A stretch of 64,000 nt of DNA, from positions 360,145 through 424,144 of the forward strand of contig CAWKGD010000005.1 of NCBI GenBank assembly GCA_963849105.1, given 5' to 3'. The notes beneath the pieces are model-generated. The model searched no databases. It was not told where the DNA came from and worked only from the letters and a program-made list of their open reading frames with translations. The position numbers and the translations under genes were made by a program. The stretch is from an uncultured Acidimicrobiaceae bacterium. Lineage in GTDB: Bacteria; Actinomycetota; Acidimicrobiia; Acidimicrobiales; Bog-793. Numbering within the stretch: position 1 is the stretch's first letter; the number at the start of each line of letters is the position of its first letter. Below, piece by piece: positions 30,110-39,237 of the stretch.

Positions 30110-31243
30110 ATGTTCCGTCGCCTCTCGATTCCCTACGTCGTCGCGCTCGTCGGCGCGCTGTCGAGCGTGCTCGCCGCGGCCTTGGATCCTTCGGCAGCCG
30201 ACGCCGCGGCCCACCAAGACTGGTCGCCGTTCGTCTTGGTTGCCGGTCTCATCCTCGCCGGCTTCGCCGCCGAACGCGATGGCATCTTCGCCTTTCTCGG
30301 CCGGGTGCTCGCCGGCGCGTCGCGTAGCGAGTTCGGCTTCTTCGTCGGCACCGTCGTGCTCACCGTCGTCGTGACGGCGCCGCTCAATCTCGACACCTCG
30401 GTCGCCTTCCTGACGCCGGTCTTCGTGCACGCCGCGCGACAGCGCGGCAGCGACGAGGCACCGGCAATGTACGGATGCCTCTTCCTCGCCAACGCCGGCT
30501 CGCTGTTGCTGCCCGGCTCGAACCTCACAAATCTCATTGTTCTCGGCCATCTCCACCTGGCTGGCACGACCTTCGTCCAAAAGATGTGGCCAGCGTGGGC
30601 GGCATCGGTGGTGGTCACCGCGGTCGTGCTCGGGCTCGCGTACCGCCGCAGCCTCACTGGCAGGCGACGGTCAGATGGCGCGCGCGTCGACGCGCAGGTC
30701 GGCGTCGGCGCGGCAGCGATCGTCGCGGTCACCGCGATCGTCTTGTTGGCGCGCTCACCGGCGATCCCCGTCTTCGGCGTCGGACTCGCCGCCGCACTCG
30801 TCACCACGATGAGGCATCGCAGTCGCCTTGAGAAGATGATTCGGGTACTCGGGCCGGCGATCCTCGTCGGCTTGTTCGGGATCGCCGTCGGGCTCGGCAC
30901 CGCCGGGCGAGCGTGGGACGGTCCCGCCGTTGCGCTTGCGCACTTCGATCGGTGGGCGACCGCCGCCTTTGCGGCGGCGGCGAGCGTGGTCGTGAACAAT
31001 CTCCCGGCGGCTTCGTTGCTGTCGGCGAGGGTCCCGCCGCACCCGTACTCGTTGCTCATCGGCCTCGATGTTGGGCCGAATCTCGCCGTAACCGGCTCGC
31101 TCGCTTGGCTCTTGTGGCTGCGTGCGGCTCGCCAGGCAGGAGCCCGCCCCTCCCTCGTGAGGGCGAGCGCCCTCGGCGCAGTCGTCGCGCCGCTCGCGAT
31201 CATCGCTGCCATCGGAGCGATCACCCTTTCGGGACTCGCGTGA
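30110..31243 (+). CDS. ArsB/NhaD-superfamily (CitMHS-like) anion permease
   Basis: 377 aa with 10 or more hydrophobic spans and the motif ANAGSLLLPGSNLTNLIV, typical of this permease superfamily. Starts 4 nt after the macro-domain stop. Confidence 0.72.
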   Translation: MFRRLSIPYVVALVGALSSVLAAALDPSAADAAAHQDWSPFVLVAGLILAGFAAERDGIFAFLGRVLAGASRSEFGFFVGTVVLTVVVTAPLNLDTSVAFLTPVFVHAARQRGSDEAPAMYGCLFLANAGSLLLPGSNLTNLIVLGHLHLAGTTFVQKMWPAWAASVVVTAVVLGLAYRRSLTGRRRSDGARVDAQVGVGAAAIVAVTAIVLLARSPAIPVFGVGLAAALVTTMRHRSRLEKMIRVLGPAILVGLFGIAVGLGTAGRAWDGPAVALAHFDRWATAAFAAAASVVVNNLPAASLLSARVPPHPYSLLIGLDVGPNLAVTGSLAWLLWLRAARQAGARPSLVRASALGAVVAPLAIIAAIGAITLSGLA

Positions 31244-31293
31244 ACCTTCGACGGGCCGTCGCGGACACCGTTGCAATCTGAGAACATGCGCCC

Positions 31294-31779
31294 ATGGCCA
31301 CGATGGAAATCGCCCTAGAAGACGTCGCGTACTACGTCGATCACGCGCTCGACGCGATGCTCGAGATCCTGATCGTGCTCGGCGACGAACTTGCAAACGA
31401 CAAGCCGGCGCTGCCGGGCGCGAACTCGCCGTTCCAGATCGTCACCCACAGTCTCGGTGTGATGGAGTTCTGGGGAGGTCAAAGCGTCGCCGGTCGCGAC
31501 GTGCACCGCGACCGTATGGCGGAGTTCCAGGCGACAGGCCGCGTCGACGAGCTCGTCGCACGGGTCGCCGACCAGCGGGCGCGATTCGTCGCCGATCTCG
31601 ACTCGCTCGACTCGCTCGCGTCGCCGCGCGGGCCAGCGAATCCAAAGTTCGCCGATCTCCCGCTCGGGAGGAGCCAGGCAGGCGTGGTGCTCCACGTCGT
31701 CGAGGAGCTCTACCAGCACCTCGGCCATCTCGAGATCACGCGCGACCTCCTCGTCTCGGTCGCGGGCCAGGCGACCTAG
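31294..31779 (+). CDS. DinB-family (DinB_2 / mycothiol transferase-like) protein
   Basis: 161 aa with four-helix-bundle His pattern (YVDHALDAM ... IVTHSLGV ... LYQHLGHL). Confidence 0.72.
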   Translation: MATMEIALEDVAYYVDHALDAMLEILIVLGDELANDKPALPGANSPFQIVTHSLGVMEFWGGQSVAGRDVHRDRMAEFQATGRVDELVARVADQRARFVADLDSLDSLASPRGPANPKFADLPLGRSQAGVVLHVVEELYQHLGHLEITRDLLVSVAGQAT

Positions 31780-31852
31780 GAACCGCCGGCCCCGAAGTCG
31801 GGAAGAGGAGCAGGTCCCAACCTTCGGCAACAGAGAAGTGCTGGCACGAGGT

Positions 31853-31876
31853 GGGAGCGGTGGTCCGCCCCCTTTT
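31853..31876 (+). terminator. candidate intrinsic terminator after the DinB-family gene
   Basis: GGGAGCGG-TGGT-CCGCCCCC stem (8 bp, one mismatch) followed by TTTT. Located 74 nt after the stop codon. Confidence 0.4.
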
Positions 31877-31971
31877 CCACTCCTTCGATGCCGACCACAC
31901 TTAGCTTCTGACCGGCGCTCCGCGCCGCCTGGGGGGTCTCGATTGAGCGTTCCGATGCCGGCGGCAGCGCC

Positions 31972-34500
31972 GTGAACCTCGACTCTTGGCGCGTCATCAC
32001 CTACCGGGCTCGGCGAACCCTCGCCCACCGCTTTCGGTCGTACCTCGCGATCACGCTCGTCCTCGGCGCGCTCGGCGGCTTGGCGCTCGGATCGATCGCC
32101 GCCGCACGGAGGACACAGTCCGCCTACCCGCAGTTTCTCGAGAGCACGAATCCCTCGACGCTCCAGGTGACCGTGTGGGAGTACACGACGTCCACCGGCG
32201 CCGTCCCACTTCGCCAACAGGATGCGATGGCGGGCGAGCTCAGCCGGCTGCGGAACGTCCGGCACGTCGAGCGCTTCGTCTACCCGCTCACGGCGCCGAT
32301 CAACGCGAAAGGACAGCTCGAGCGCGATGCGGCGATCTCACCCGTCGCGAGCGTCGCCGGGGATTTCTTCAACGAGGATCGACCGGCCGTCGTCGCAGGA
32401 CGCATGCCGAACCCGGACTCCCCCGGTGAGTTCGCAACAACCCCGCTGGCGGCACGTAGCCAGGGATGGCACGTCGGCGAATCCATCAACTGGGCGGTTT
32501 TTCGCCCGAGCCAGTTCAGTGCAAGTGGCGCGACCCCCGAACACCCCGCGCGAATCGTGCGCGAGAGGCTCGTCGGCCTCGTCGAGTTCAACACGTCGGT
32601 TCTGCAAGACCAGGCGGACGCCAAGACATCGCTCGCCCTCTTCACTCCTGCCTTCGCGCGGGCGGATGCGTTCGGAGGCGGGGGTACAAACTTCGCGATC
32701 CAGCTGCGAAGGCGCGGGTCGGTCGCCGCGACCGAGAAACAGGTCATCGAACTCCTTCCGCCGGGCGCCGTCTATGAGTTCGCGGTCACCGCCGATGCGG
32801 TCGCCAAGGTCGAACGTTCGATCCGTCCTGAGTCAATCGCGCTCGCCGCCTTCGGAGGTGTCGTCGCGATCGCGGCGCTGGCGATCGCGGCGATGGCGAT
32901 TGCGCGATTGATTCGATCCAACGAAGACGACCGTGAGGTGCTGCGCGCGCTCGGGGCAACCCCGCTCGTGCAGATCGGTGACGTCGAGATGGGAGTGCTG
33001 GCGTCGATCCTCGCTGGATGCGCGCTCGCGGTCGGCGTGGCGGTTGCGCTGTCACCGATCGCGCCGCTTGGTTCGGTGCGCGTCGTCTACCCGTTCAAGG
33101 GCTTTGTGTTCGACGGCGCCCCGCTCGGCTTCGGGGTTCTCGCTCTTCTCGTCGTCCTCGTGTCGGTCGCGATCGTGATCGGATGGCGTTTCGCCTCGGC
33201 CAAGCGCTCCGCGGCCTACGTTCCACCGTCCGGATTGGGGACGTGGTCGACACGATTCGCGCGCGCCCTTCGACTGCCGATGCCAGCGGTTCTCGGCGTG
33301 CGGGGGGCGGTGCAGTCGACTCCGGTGCGCACCGCGGCGCCGGCGCGTTCGACGATCTTCGGTGCGACGCTGGCGATCGTCCTCCTCGTGACGACCCTGA
33401 CGTTCGGCGCCAGCCTTTCGACCCTCGTCTCCCATCCCCGCCTGTACGGCTGGAACTGGACGTTCGCGCTCGCGGGCAGCGACGACGTGCCACCCCAGGC
33501 GCTGTCTGCGTTGCACCACGATCGAGACGTGGCCTCATTCAGCGGGTGGAGCACCGGCGCGAACGTCCAAGTCGACGGGCTCACGGTCCCCTCGATGATC
33601 AGCGGTTCGGATCCGACGGTCGCGATGCCCATACTCACCGGCCACCCTGTACGCGCAGCAAATCAGGTCGTCCTCGGTCCGACGACACTCGCCGAAATCC
33701 ACAAGCGCGTCGGCGACACCGTCGTGCTCTCGTACGGAACGAAGGCCGATTACCCGATCTACGTCCCGGCGGAGCGCATGGAGATCGTCGGGACGGCGAC
33801 GTTCCCAGCCGTCGGCGGCATCGGCGGCGCGGCAGTCCTGCACCCTTCGATGGGGACGGGGATGTGGTTCGAGTGGCAGGCGGCGTCGCGCCTACACCGC
33901 TTGGTGATGGGATCCATCTACACGCTCTCCGGACCGAATTTGGCACTGATCCGGATGCGGCCAGGGGTCTCCGCGTCTGCGGCGCGAGCGAATCTCGATC
34001 GGATCGTCTCGTTTTCCGACCGGGTGCTGGCGAAGTACCAGGATGAAGTCTTGTTGCTCAGCGTTCAGCGGCCGGCGGAGATCGTCAACTACCGCTCGAT
34101 GGGCGCCACACCCTCGTACCTCGCATTGGGGGTCGTGCTCGGTGCCGTCATCGCGCTCGCGGCAGCGCTGACGGCTTCGGTCAGAACGCGCCGTCGCGAG
34201 CTCGCTTTGTTGAAGGCGCTCGGCTTCACCGGGCGACAGCTCGCTTGGACGATCGTGTGGCAGGCGACCGTGATCGCGTTGATCGGGATCATCATCGGTG
34301 TCCCGATCGGCATCGCCGTCGGCAGGTGGCTGTGGATCCTGTTCGCTCGCAGCATCGCGGCGGTGCCCGAGCCAGCCGTCCCGGTCCTGAGCATCGTCCT
34401 CGTCGGCATCGGTGCGCTCGTCATCGCCAACTTCGTTGCCGCGATCCCCGGTCGCGTCGCGCGGCGCACGCCGCCCGCTCTCGTGTTGCGAACCGAATGA
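31972..34500 (+). CDS. ABC transporter permease with two FtsX domains (MacB/YbbP-like); no adjacent ATPase
   Basis: 842 aa. TM1 is followed by a large extracytoplasmic domain and a TM bundle, and the unit is repeated. The C-terminal repeat reads RRRELALLKALGFTGRQL..., characteristic of FtsX permeases. Confidence 0.85.
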   Translation: MNLDSWRVITYRARRTLAHRFRSYLAITLVLGALGGLALGSIAAARRTQSAYPQFLESTNPSTLQVTVWEYTTSTGAVPLRQQDAMAGELSRLRNVRHVERFVYPLTAPINAKGQLERDAAISPVASVAGDFFNEDRPAVVAGRMPNPDSPGEFATTPLAARSQGWHVGESINWAVFRPSQFSASGATPEHPARIVRERLVGLVEFNTSVLQDQADAKTSLALFTPAFARADAFGGGGTNFAIQLRRRGSVAATEKQVIELLPPGAVYEFAVTADAVAKVERSIRPESIALAAFGGVVAIAALAIAAMAIARLIRSNEDDREVLRALGATPLVQIGDVEMGVLASILAGCALAVGVAVALSPIAPLGSVRVVYPFKGFVFDGAPLGFGVLALLVVLVSVAIVIGWRFASAKRSAAYVPPSGLGTWSTRFARALRLPMPAVLGVRGAVQSTPVRTAAPARSTIFGATLAIVLLVTTLTFGASLSTLVSHPRLYGWNWTFALAGSDDVPPQALSALHHDRDVASFSGWSTGANVQVDGLTVPSMISGSDPTVAMPILTGHPVRAANQVVLGPTTLAEIHKRVGDTVVLSYGTKADYPIYVPAERMEIVGTATFPAVGGIGGAAVLHPSMGTGMWFEWQAASRLHRLVMGSIYTLSGPNLALIRMRPGVSASAARANLDRIVSFSDRVLAKYQDEVLLLSVQRPAEIVNYRSMGATPSYLALGVVLGAVIALAAALTASVRTRRRELALLKALGFTGRQLAWTIVWQATVIALIGIIIGVPIGIAVGRWLWILFARSIAAVPEPAVPVLSIVLVGIGALVIANFVAAIPGRVARRTPPALVLRTE

Positions 34501-34510
34501 TCGGGGTTCG

Positions 34511-35278
34511 TCACACCACCCAATAGCGGATCGCAACGCCGATGCCGACCACGACAACAATCGCCCGCAACGCGCCAGCCGGAACTCTGCGAACGAGCTT
34601 GCCACCTAGCGCACCGCCGACCACGGCGCTCGGCGCGAGCACGGCGACGTAGCCCCACGAGACGTGCGCGGCGGCTGCTAGGAAAATCGCCGCGACGAGG
34701 CTGATCACGAAGGACAGCGCCTGCTTCAGCGCGTTGAGACGAATGAGACTCTCCGAGGAGAACAGGCCCATCACCGCGAGCAGCAAGATGCCGAGTCCGG
34801 CGCCGAAGTACCCGCCATAGACGGCAGAGACAAACGTGCTCAGTGCGAGCGGACCTCGCCGGACTGAAGTCTCAGCGCCAATCGAGTCCTTCTGCGAGAT
34901 GCGAGCTTTCAGGCGTTGTGGTGCGGCGAGCAGCGCCGCCGAGAAGACGAGCAGATACGGCACCGCATCGCGAAATGCCGACGCCGGGGTGTTGACAAGG
35001 ATGATCGAACCGACGAGGCCGCCCGCCGCGGCGACGAGGAGGAGCGTCCGTAACGTTCGCGACTGACCTTCGAGGTCGGCGCGTTGCGCGGCCGTGCCGG
35101 CGATGTAGCCGGGGGTCAGCGCGATGAGGTTCGTGACGTTCGCTCGCACTGCCGGCAGACCGAGCCCGACGAGGACGGGAAAACTGATCAGCGTCCCGCC
35201 GCCGGCGAGTGCGTTCACCCCGCCCGCGGCGATACCCGCCAATCCGGCTAGCACGTACGACCATGCGCCGAGTCCCAT
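34511..35278 (-). CDS. TauE/SafE family sulfite/anion exporter
   Basis: 255 aa with 7-8 Gly-rich hydrophobic spans (GGVNALAGGGTLISFPVL). Confidence 0.83.
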   Translation of the reverse strand: MGLGAWSYVLAGLAGIAAGGVNALAGGGTLISFPVLVGLGLPAVRANVTNLIALTPGYIAGTAAQRADLEGQSRTLRTLLLVAAAGGLVGSIILVNTPASAFRDAVPYLLVFSAALLAAPQRLKARISQKDSIGAETSVRRGPLALSTFVSAVYGGYFGAGLGILLLAVMGLFSSESLIRLNALKQALSFVISLVAAIFLAAAAHVSWGYVAVLAPSAVVGGALGGKLVRRVPAGALRAIVVVVGIGVAIRYWVV

Positions 35279-35304
35279 CGGCGCGTGGCGTCAGATCGGC
35301 GCGC

Positions 35305-36483
35305 TCAGAGCGTGCGAAGGATCAGCGCGTCGCCCTGTCCCCCGCCGCCACACAGCGCCGCCGCGCCCGTGCCGCCGCCGCGGCGACGGAGCTCGTAGGC
35401 GAGCGTCAGCGCGAGGCGCGTTCCGGACATGCCGATCGGGTGGCCGAGGGCGATCGCACCGCCGTTCACGTTGACGACCTCGTCTGTGACACCGAGATCG
35501 TCGATCGACGCCGCCGAGACCGCGGCGAAGGCCTCGTTGATCTCGAAGAGATCAATCTCCGAAAGCGACGACCCGCCGCGTTTTACCGCGTCGAGGATCG
35601 CCCGCGAGGGCTGGGTGAGGAGCGACTCGTCGGGCCCGGCGACCTGTCCGTACGCGACGAGCTCGGCGAGCGGCTCGACGCCGAGGTCCTCGGCACGCTG
35701 GCGCGAGGTGACGACGACTGCCGCGGCGCCGTCGGAGATCTGGCTCGCGTTGCCGGCGGTGACCGTGCCGTTTTTGACGAAGGCGGGTTTCAGCGCGGCG
35801 AGGCCCTCGGCGGTCGTGTTCGGCCGCACGCCCTCATCGGTTTCAACGACGACGGATCCGCGCCGGTCGGTGACCGTCACCGGCACGATCTCCTCTTTGA
35901 AGCGACCGGACGCGGCGGCGTCGGCGGCGCGCAGGTTCGACTTCAGCGCGAGGTCGTCTTGGCGCTGACGGGACACGCCGGCGGCCTCGGCATCGCGGTC
36001 GGTTCCCTCGCCCATGATGAAGTGCTCGAAGGAAGAGACGAGCCCGTCGACCTGGATGACGTCCAAAAGGGCCTGGTCACCGAAACGGAAGCCGGCGCGC
36101 GCGCCGGGCAGCACGTAGGGGGCGTTCGTCATCGACTCCATCCCGCCGGCGACAACGATGTCGGCATCGCCGGATCGCACCATCAGATCGGCGAGGTGGA
36201 TGGCGTTCAACCCGGAGAGGCAGACCTTGTTGACCGTCGTCGCCGGCGTCGACATCGGGATGCCGGCTTTCACGGCCGCCTGGCGCGCCGTGTCCTGGCC
36301 CTGTCCCGCCTGGAGCACGTGGCCCATGACGACGTAGTCGCAGGCCGCGGGGTCGACGCCCGCACGGGCGAGCGACTCGGCGATCGCGATCGCGCCCAGG
36401 TCGACCGCCCGAAGCGGGGTCAGGGCGCCCAGCATCTTGCCGATCGGCGTCCGGGCTCCGGCGATGATGACGTTCCCGGTCAT
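35305..36483 (-). CDS. acetyl-CoA C-acetyltransferase (thiolase II)
   Basis: 392 aa with the active-site Cys context VNKVCLSGL, plus NVNGGAIALGHPIG and CGGGGQG. Confidence 0.95.
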   Translation of the reverse strand: MTGNVIIAGARTPIGKMLGALTPLRAVDLGAIAIAESLARAGVDPAACDYVVMGHVLQAGQGQDTARQAAVKAGIPMSTPATTVNKVCLSGLNAIHLADLMVRSGDADIVVAGGMESMTNAPYVLPGARAGFRFGDQALLDVIQVDGLVSSFEHFIMGEGTDRDAEAAGVSRQRQDDLALKSNLRAADAAASGRFKEEIVPVTVTDRRGSVVVETDEGVRPNTTAEGLAALKPAFVKNGTVTAGNASQISDGAAAVVVTSRQRAEDLGVEPLAELVAYGQVAGPDESLLTQPSRAILDAVKRGGSSLSEIDLFEINEAFAAVSAASIDDLGVTDEVVNVNGGAIALGHPIGMSGTRLALTLAYELRRRGGGTGAAALCGGGGQGDALILRTL

Positions 36484-36522
36484 CGCTCCTCCTCGAGAAG
36501 ATTCACCTTGTAGGAGGTCAAA

Positions 36523-39237
36523 CTACTTGCCGCGCTCTGAGGATCCGGCTCCGTCGGGGGGTAGGGCTGAATCGCCCGCCCCCGCCTTTCCAGACGGCAC
36601 CTCGGCTCTGCCACCTCGTCTGCGACGAACGGTGCCGACGATCGACCCGCCGGCCGAGACGAGCAGCGGCAGCGCCGGCCACAACCCGAGACCGACGAGG
36701 CCCGCCGCGGCGAGCACGATCCCCTCGGTGAAGGTCCGCGGCCAATAGTGCGCCGTGATGCGTGTCGTCCCCGCCGGGACGCGGACCTCGAACATGCCTT
36801 CGTACGGCTCGACGCGCAGGGGATGGCCGTTCGCGCTGACGTGCCAGCCGGAGAAATACGTGACGTGCAAAACGAGTGTCGAACTCGTCGGGACGTCGAC
36901 GTCGAGGACGTAGGTCGCGTCATTGGTCTGGGTGTACGACAAGACGGTCGCCGGATATGACGCGTGCGAATCGACAAACGCGAAGCGCGACGAGTCTGGC
37001 ACCGTCGCGACTTCGATCTTGTTCTTGTCCCCGACCGGCACCTCGGCGACAAGGTTCATGCCCTTTGGCAGCGGGTAGCCGGGCGGCAAGAGAACGGTCG
37101 TGACGCCGTATCTACGCGCGAGCGCGACCGAGGTGATCGACGGTGAGAAGACGCCGACGTTGCCCTTGAACACCTGACCGGCGTTCGGCACCGGCCAGGC
37201 GGCAAAGTAGCGCTGCGGGATGATCGGGTCGTGCATCGCGAGCTCGTCGATGTCGTAGCCACCCTGCACGTTCGGGATGAAGCCGTAACCCGCCCACAAC
37301 CGCACCCCGCACGGCTTGTTCACCCGCGCTGGCGGCAAGTTGAGACAGCTCTCGTTGATCGGCGTGTCCGAGGCGAACATTCCGGTGCCGACGATGCGCT
37401 GCACCGTCTTCACCGCCGCGTTCGTCGGGAACGGGTTCTTGAAGTAGCTGTTGATCCCGACGCCGGCGATGACCAAGAACGCGCCCTGTGCGCCAACAAA
37501 CAGCGCCGCGACCGCCCGTCTGATCCACCGCCGCACCGTTTCGGACCGCTTCGGCGCGACGATCAACGCCAACGCGACGACGATGAGCATCCCCGTCGTC
37601 CACGTCGGCCAGACGAGGCTCGACCGGCGAAGTGCCCGATCGAGCGAATCGAGCGCCGGGAGGTCGACCCACCTCCACAACTCGACCATCTCGAAGGACA
37701 CTGCGGCGAGGATGACAACGAGCGCGATTTGCACCTTCCGCTCTGCAAAACGGCGCAACAACGCGTCGAAACCGAGGCCGGCGACGACGGCGACGCAGAA
37801 TTCGAAGACCGGCAGTCCACGGTGCACCGCCACCGCTCCGAGTCCGAGATCGCTGAAGATCGTCTTGCCGATCCCGCCGAAGATGTCGTAACAGGCGATG
37901 AGCGTCCCAAGGCCGGCGAGCGCCAGCCCGATCACGATTGGGCGGCGGTAACAGAGCGCCAACCCGAGCGCAGCGCAGACGATGGCGACGATTCCAAGGT
38001 ACGCCGCGGACTCGTAGTAGTTGCTCAGGTGCGTGAACCAAAAGCTGCCTTTGATCGGCAGGCCGTAATAGCCCTGCACGAAGGCGAGGTTCAAAAGTGA
38101 CGGCACGAGTCCCCCGTCGAGGTGCTTGCTCGAGCGCGCCGAGTGCGCGACGACAGAGATGCCGGGAAGCCACAGCGGTGCCGATAAGGCGAAGCCGGCG
38201 GCCGAGCCGACGAGCACGCGCCCGAGCCCGCGCCACACGAGCTTGCGGTCGCGCACGAGCATCACGAGCGCGGCGACTCCCGCCGCGCCGAGGAGTGCCG
38301 GTCCCATGATGACGTACATCTCGGGGAATCCGCCATAGATCGCGAACGCCACCGACACGGCGAGCAGCCAGAGGTCGCGGGCACGTCGGCGGGACCGGTA
38401 GGCGAGCGCCACCCCGGCGAGGATGAAGCCCGACCAGGCGACGGGTCCAGAGATCGACCATCCGAGCCATCCGGCAAAGCTCCCCGACAACATGAACGAG
38501 ATCCCGCCCAAAGTGGCACCGGCCGCTCTCGTTCGAAGGACACGACAACAGACGTACGTGCCGATCCCGGCGATCAGCAGCTTGCCGAGCACCGTCACGA
38601 GGAACGAGGCGGAGAGCGGGAGCAGGTAGGCGAGGAGTGTCGGCAGCGCCAGCGCCGCGGACTCGAAATTGAACAGCTGCGGCAGTCCGGTTCCCGCCGT
38701 CGAGTTCCACAGCGGGATCGAGCCGTCATGGACGATGCGCCAGTCGATGGCGTTCCACGGCACGCCCTGGTCGCCGACATCGCCCGCCAGGTGATTGTGC
38801 GCCGCAACCAGAGCTCCCAGCGTGACGCTTTCAGACGCCGCGTTCCCGGTGGCGTCGTTCGTCATCACCGCGACCGAGGGCGACGTAATGCTGAGAATCG
38901 TCGTACCAGAAGGGACGAGCCGGTCTGCGTCGTCGACCTTCCGCCCGATGTCGTTTGCCGTGAAAGCGCCGGTCGAGCTGGTCAGGTTCGGTGACCCGCT
39001 CGAGACCGACGCGGCGCTGAGGGTGCGACCCGCCGTGGTGAACAGCGGCTGGGTCAGCACGGAGGCGCCCGAGACGAGGTCGGTCGGCCCGAAGCTGAAG
39101 CCGTCCTTCACCGACGGCGACAAGTACAGCAGCGCCACGACGACGACGATGAACAGGCCGAGCACGTCGGTCCGATAGCGCCACGAGAAGAACGCCCCGA
39201 GACCGCGTCGTCTCGAGAGGGCTTCGACTTCGGTCAT
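36523..39237 (-). CDS. large polytopic membrane protein, possibly YfhO/GT-C-like glycosyltransferase
   Basis: 904 aa. An N-terminal TM is followed by a Ser/Thr-rich loop of about 110 aa, about 13 hydrophobic spans and a C-terminal soluble beta-rich domain plus a final TM. Its ATG overlaps the guaB3 stop (ATGA). The functional call is weak. Confidence 0.8.
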   Translation of the reverse strand: MTEVEALSRRRGLGAFFSWRYRTDVLGLFIVVVVALLYLSPSVKDGFSFGPTDLVSGASVLTQPLFTTAGRTLSAASVSSGSPNLTSSTGAFTANDIGRKVDDADRLVPSGTTILSITSPSVAVMTNDATGNAASESVTLGALVAAHNHLAGDVGDQGVPWNAIDWRIVHDGSIPLWNSTAGTGLPQLFNFESAALALPTLLAYLLPLSASFLVTVLGKLLIAGIGTYVCCRVLRTRAAGATLGGISFMLSGSFAGWLGWSISGPVAWSGFILAGVALAYRSRRRARDLWLLAVSVAFAIYGGFPEMYVIMGPALLGAAGVAALVMLVRDRKLVWRGLGRVLVGSAAGFALSAPLWLPGISVVAHSARSSKHLDGGLVPSLLNLAFVQGYYGLPIKGSFWFTHLSNYYESAAYLGIVAIVCAALGLALCYRRPIVIGLALAGLGTLIACYDIFGGIGKTIFSDLGLGAVAVHRGLPVFEFCVAVVAGLGFDALLRRFAERKVQIALVVILAAVSFEMVELWRWVDLPALDSLDRALRRSSLVWPTWTTGMLIVVALALIVAPKRSETVRRWIRRAVAALFVGAQGAFLVIAGVGINSYFKNPFPTNAAVKTVQRIVGTGMFASDTPINESCLNLPPARVNKPCGVRLWAGYGFIPNVQGGYDIDELAMHDPIIPQRYFAAWPVPNAGQVFKGNVGVFSPSITSVALARRYGVTTVLLPPGYPLPKGMNLVAEVPVGDKNKIEVATVPDSSRFAFVDSHASYPATVLSYTQTNDATYVLDVDVPTSSTLVLHVTYFSGWHVSANGHPLRVEPYEGMFEVRVPAGTTRITAHYWPRTFTEGIVLAAAGLVGLGLWPALPLLVSAGGSIVGTVRRRRGGRAEVPSGKAGAGDSALPPDGAGSSERGK

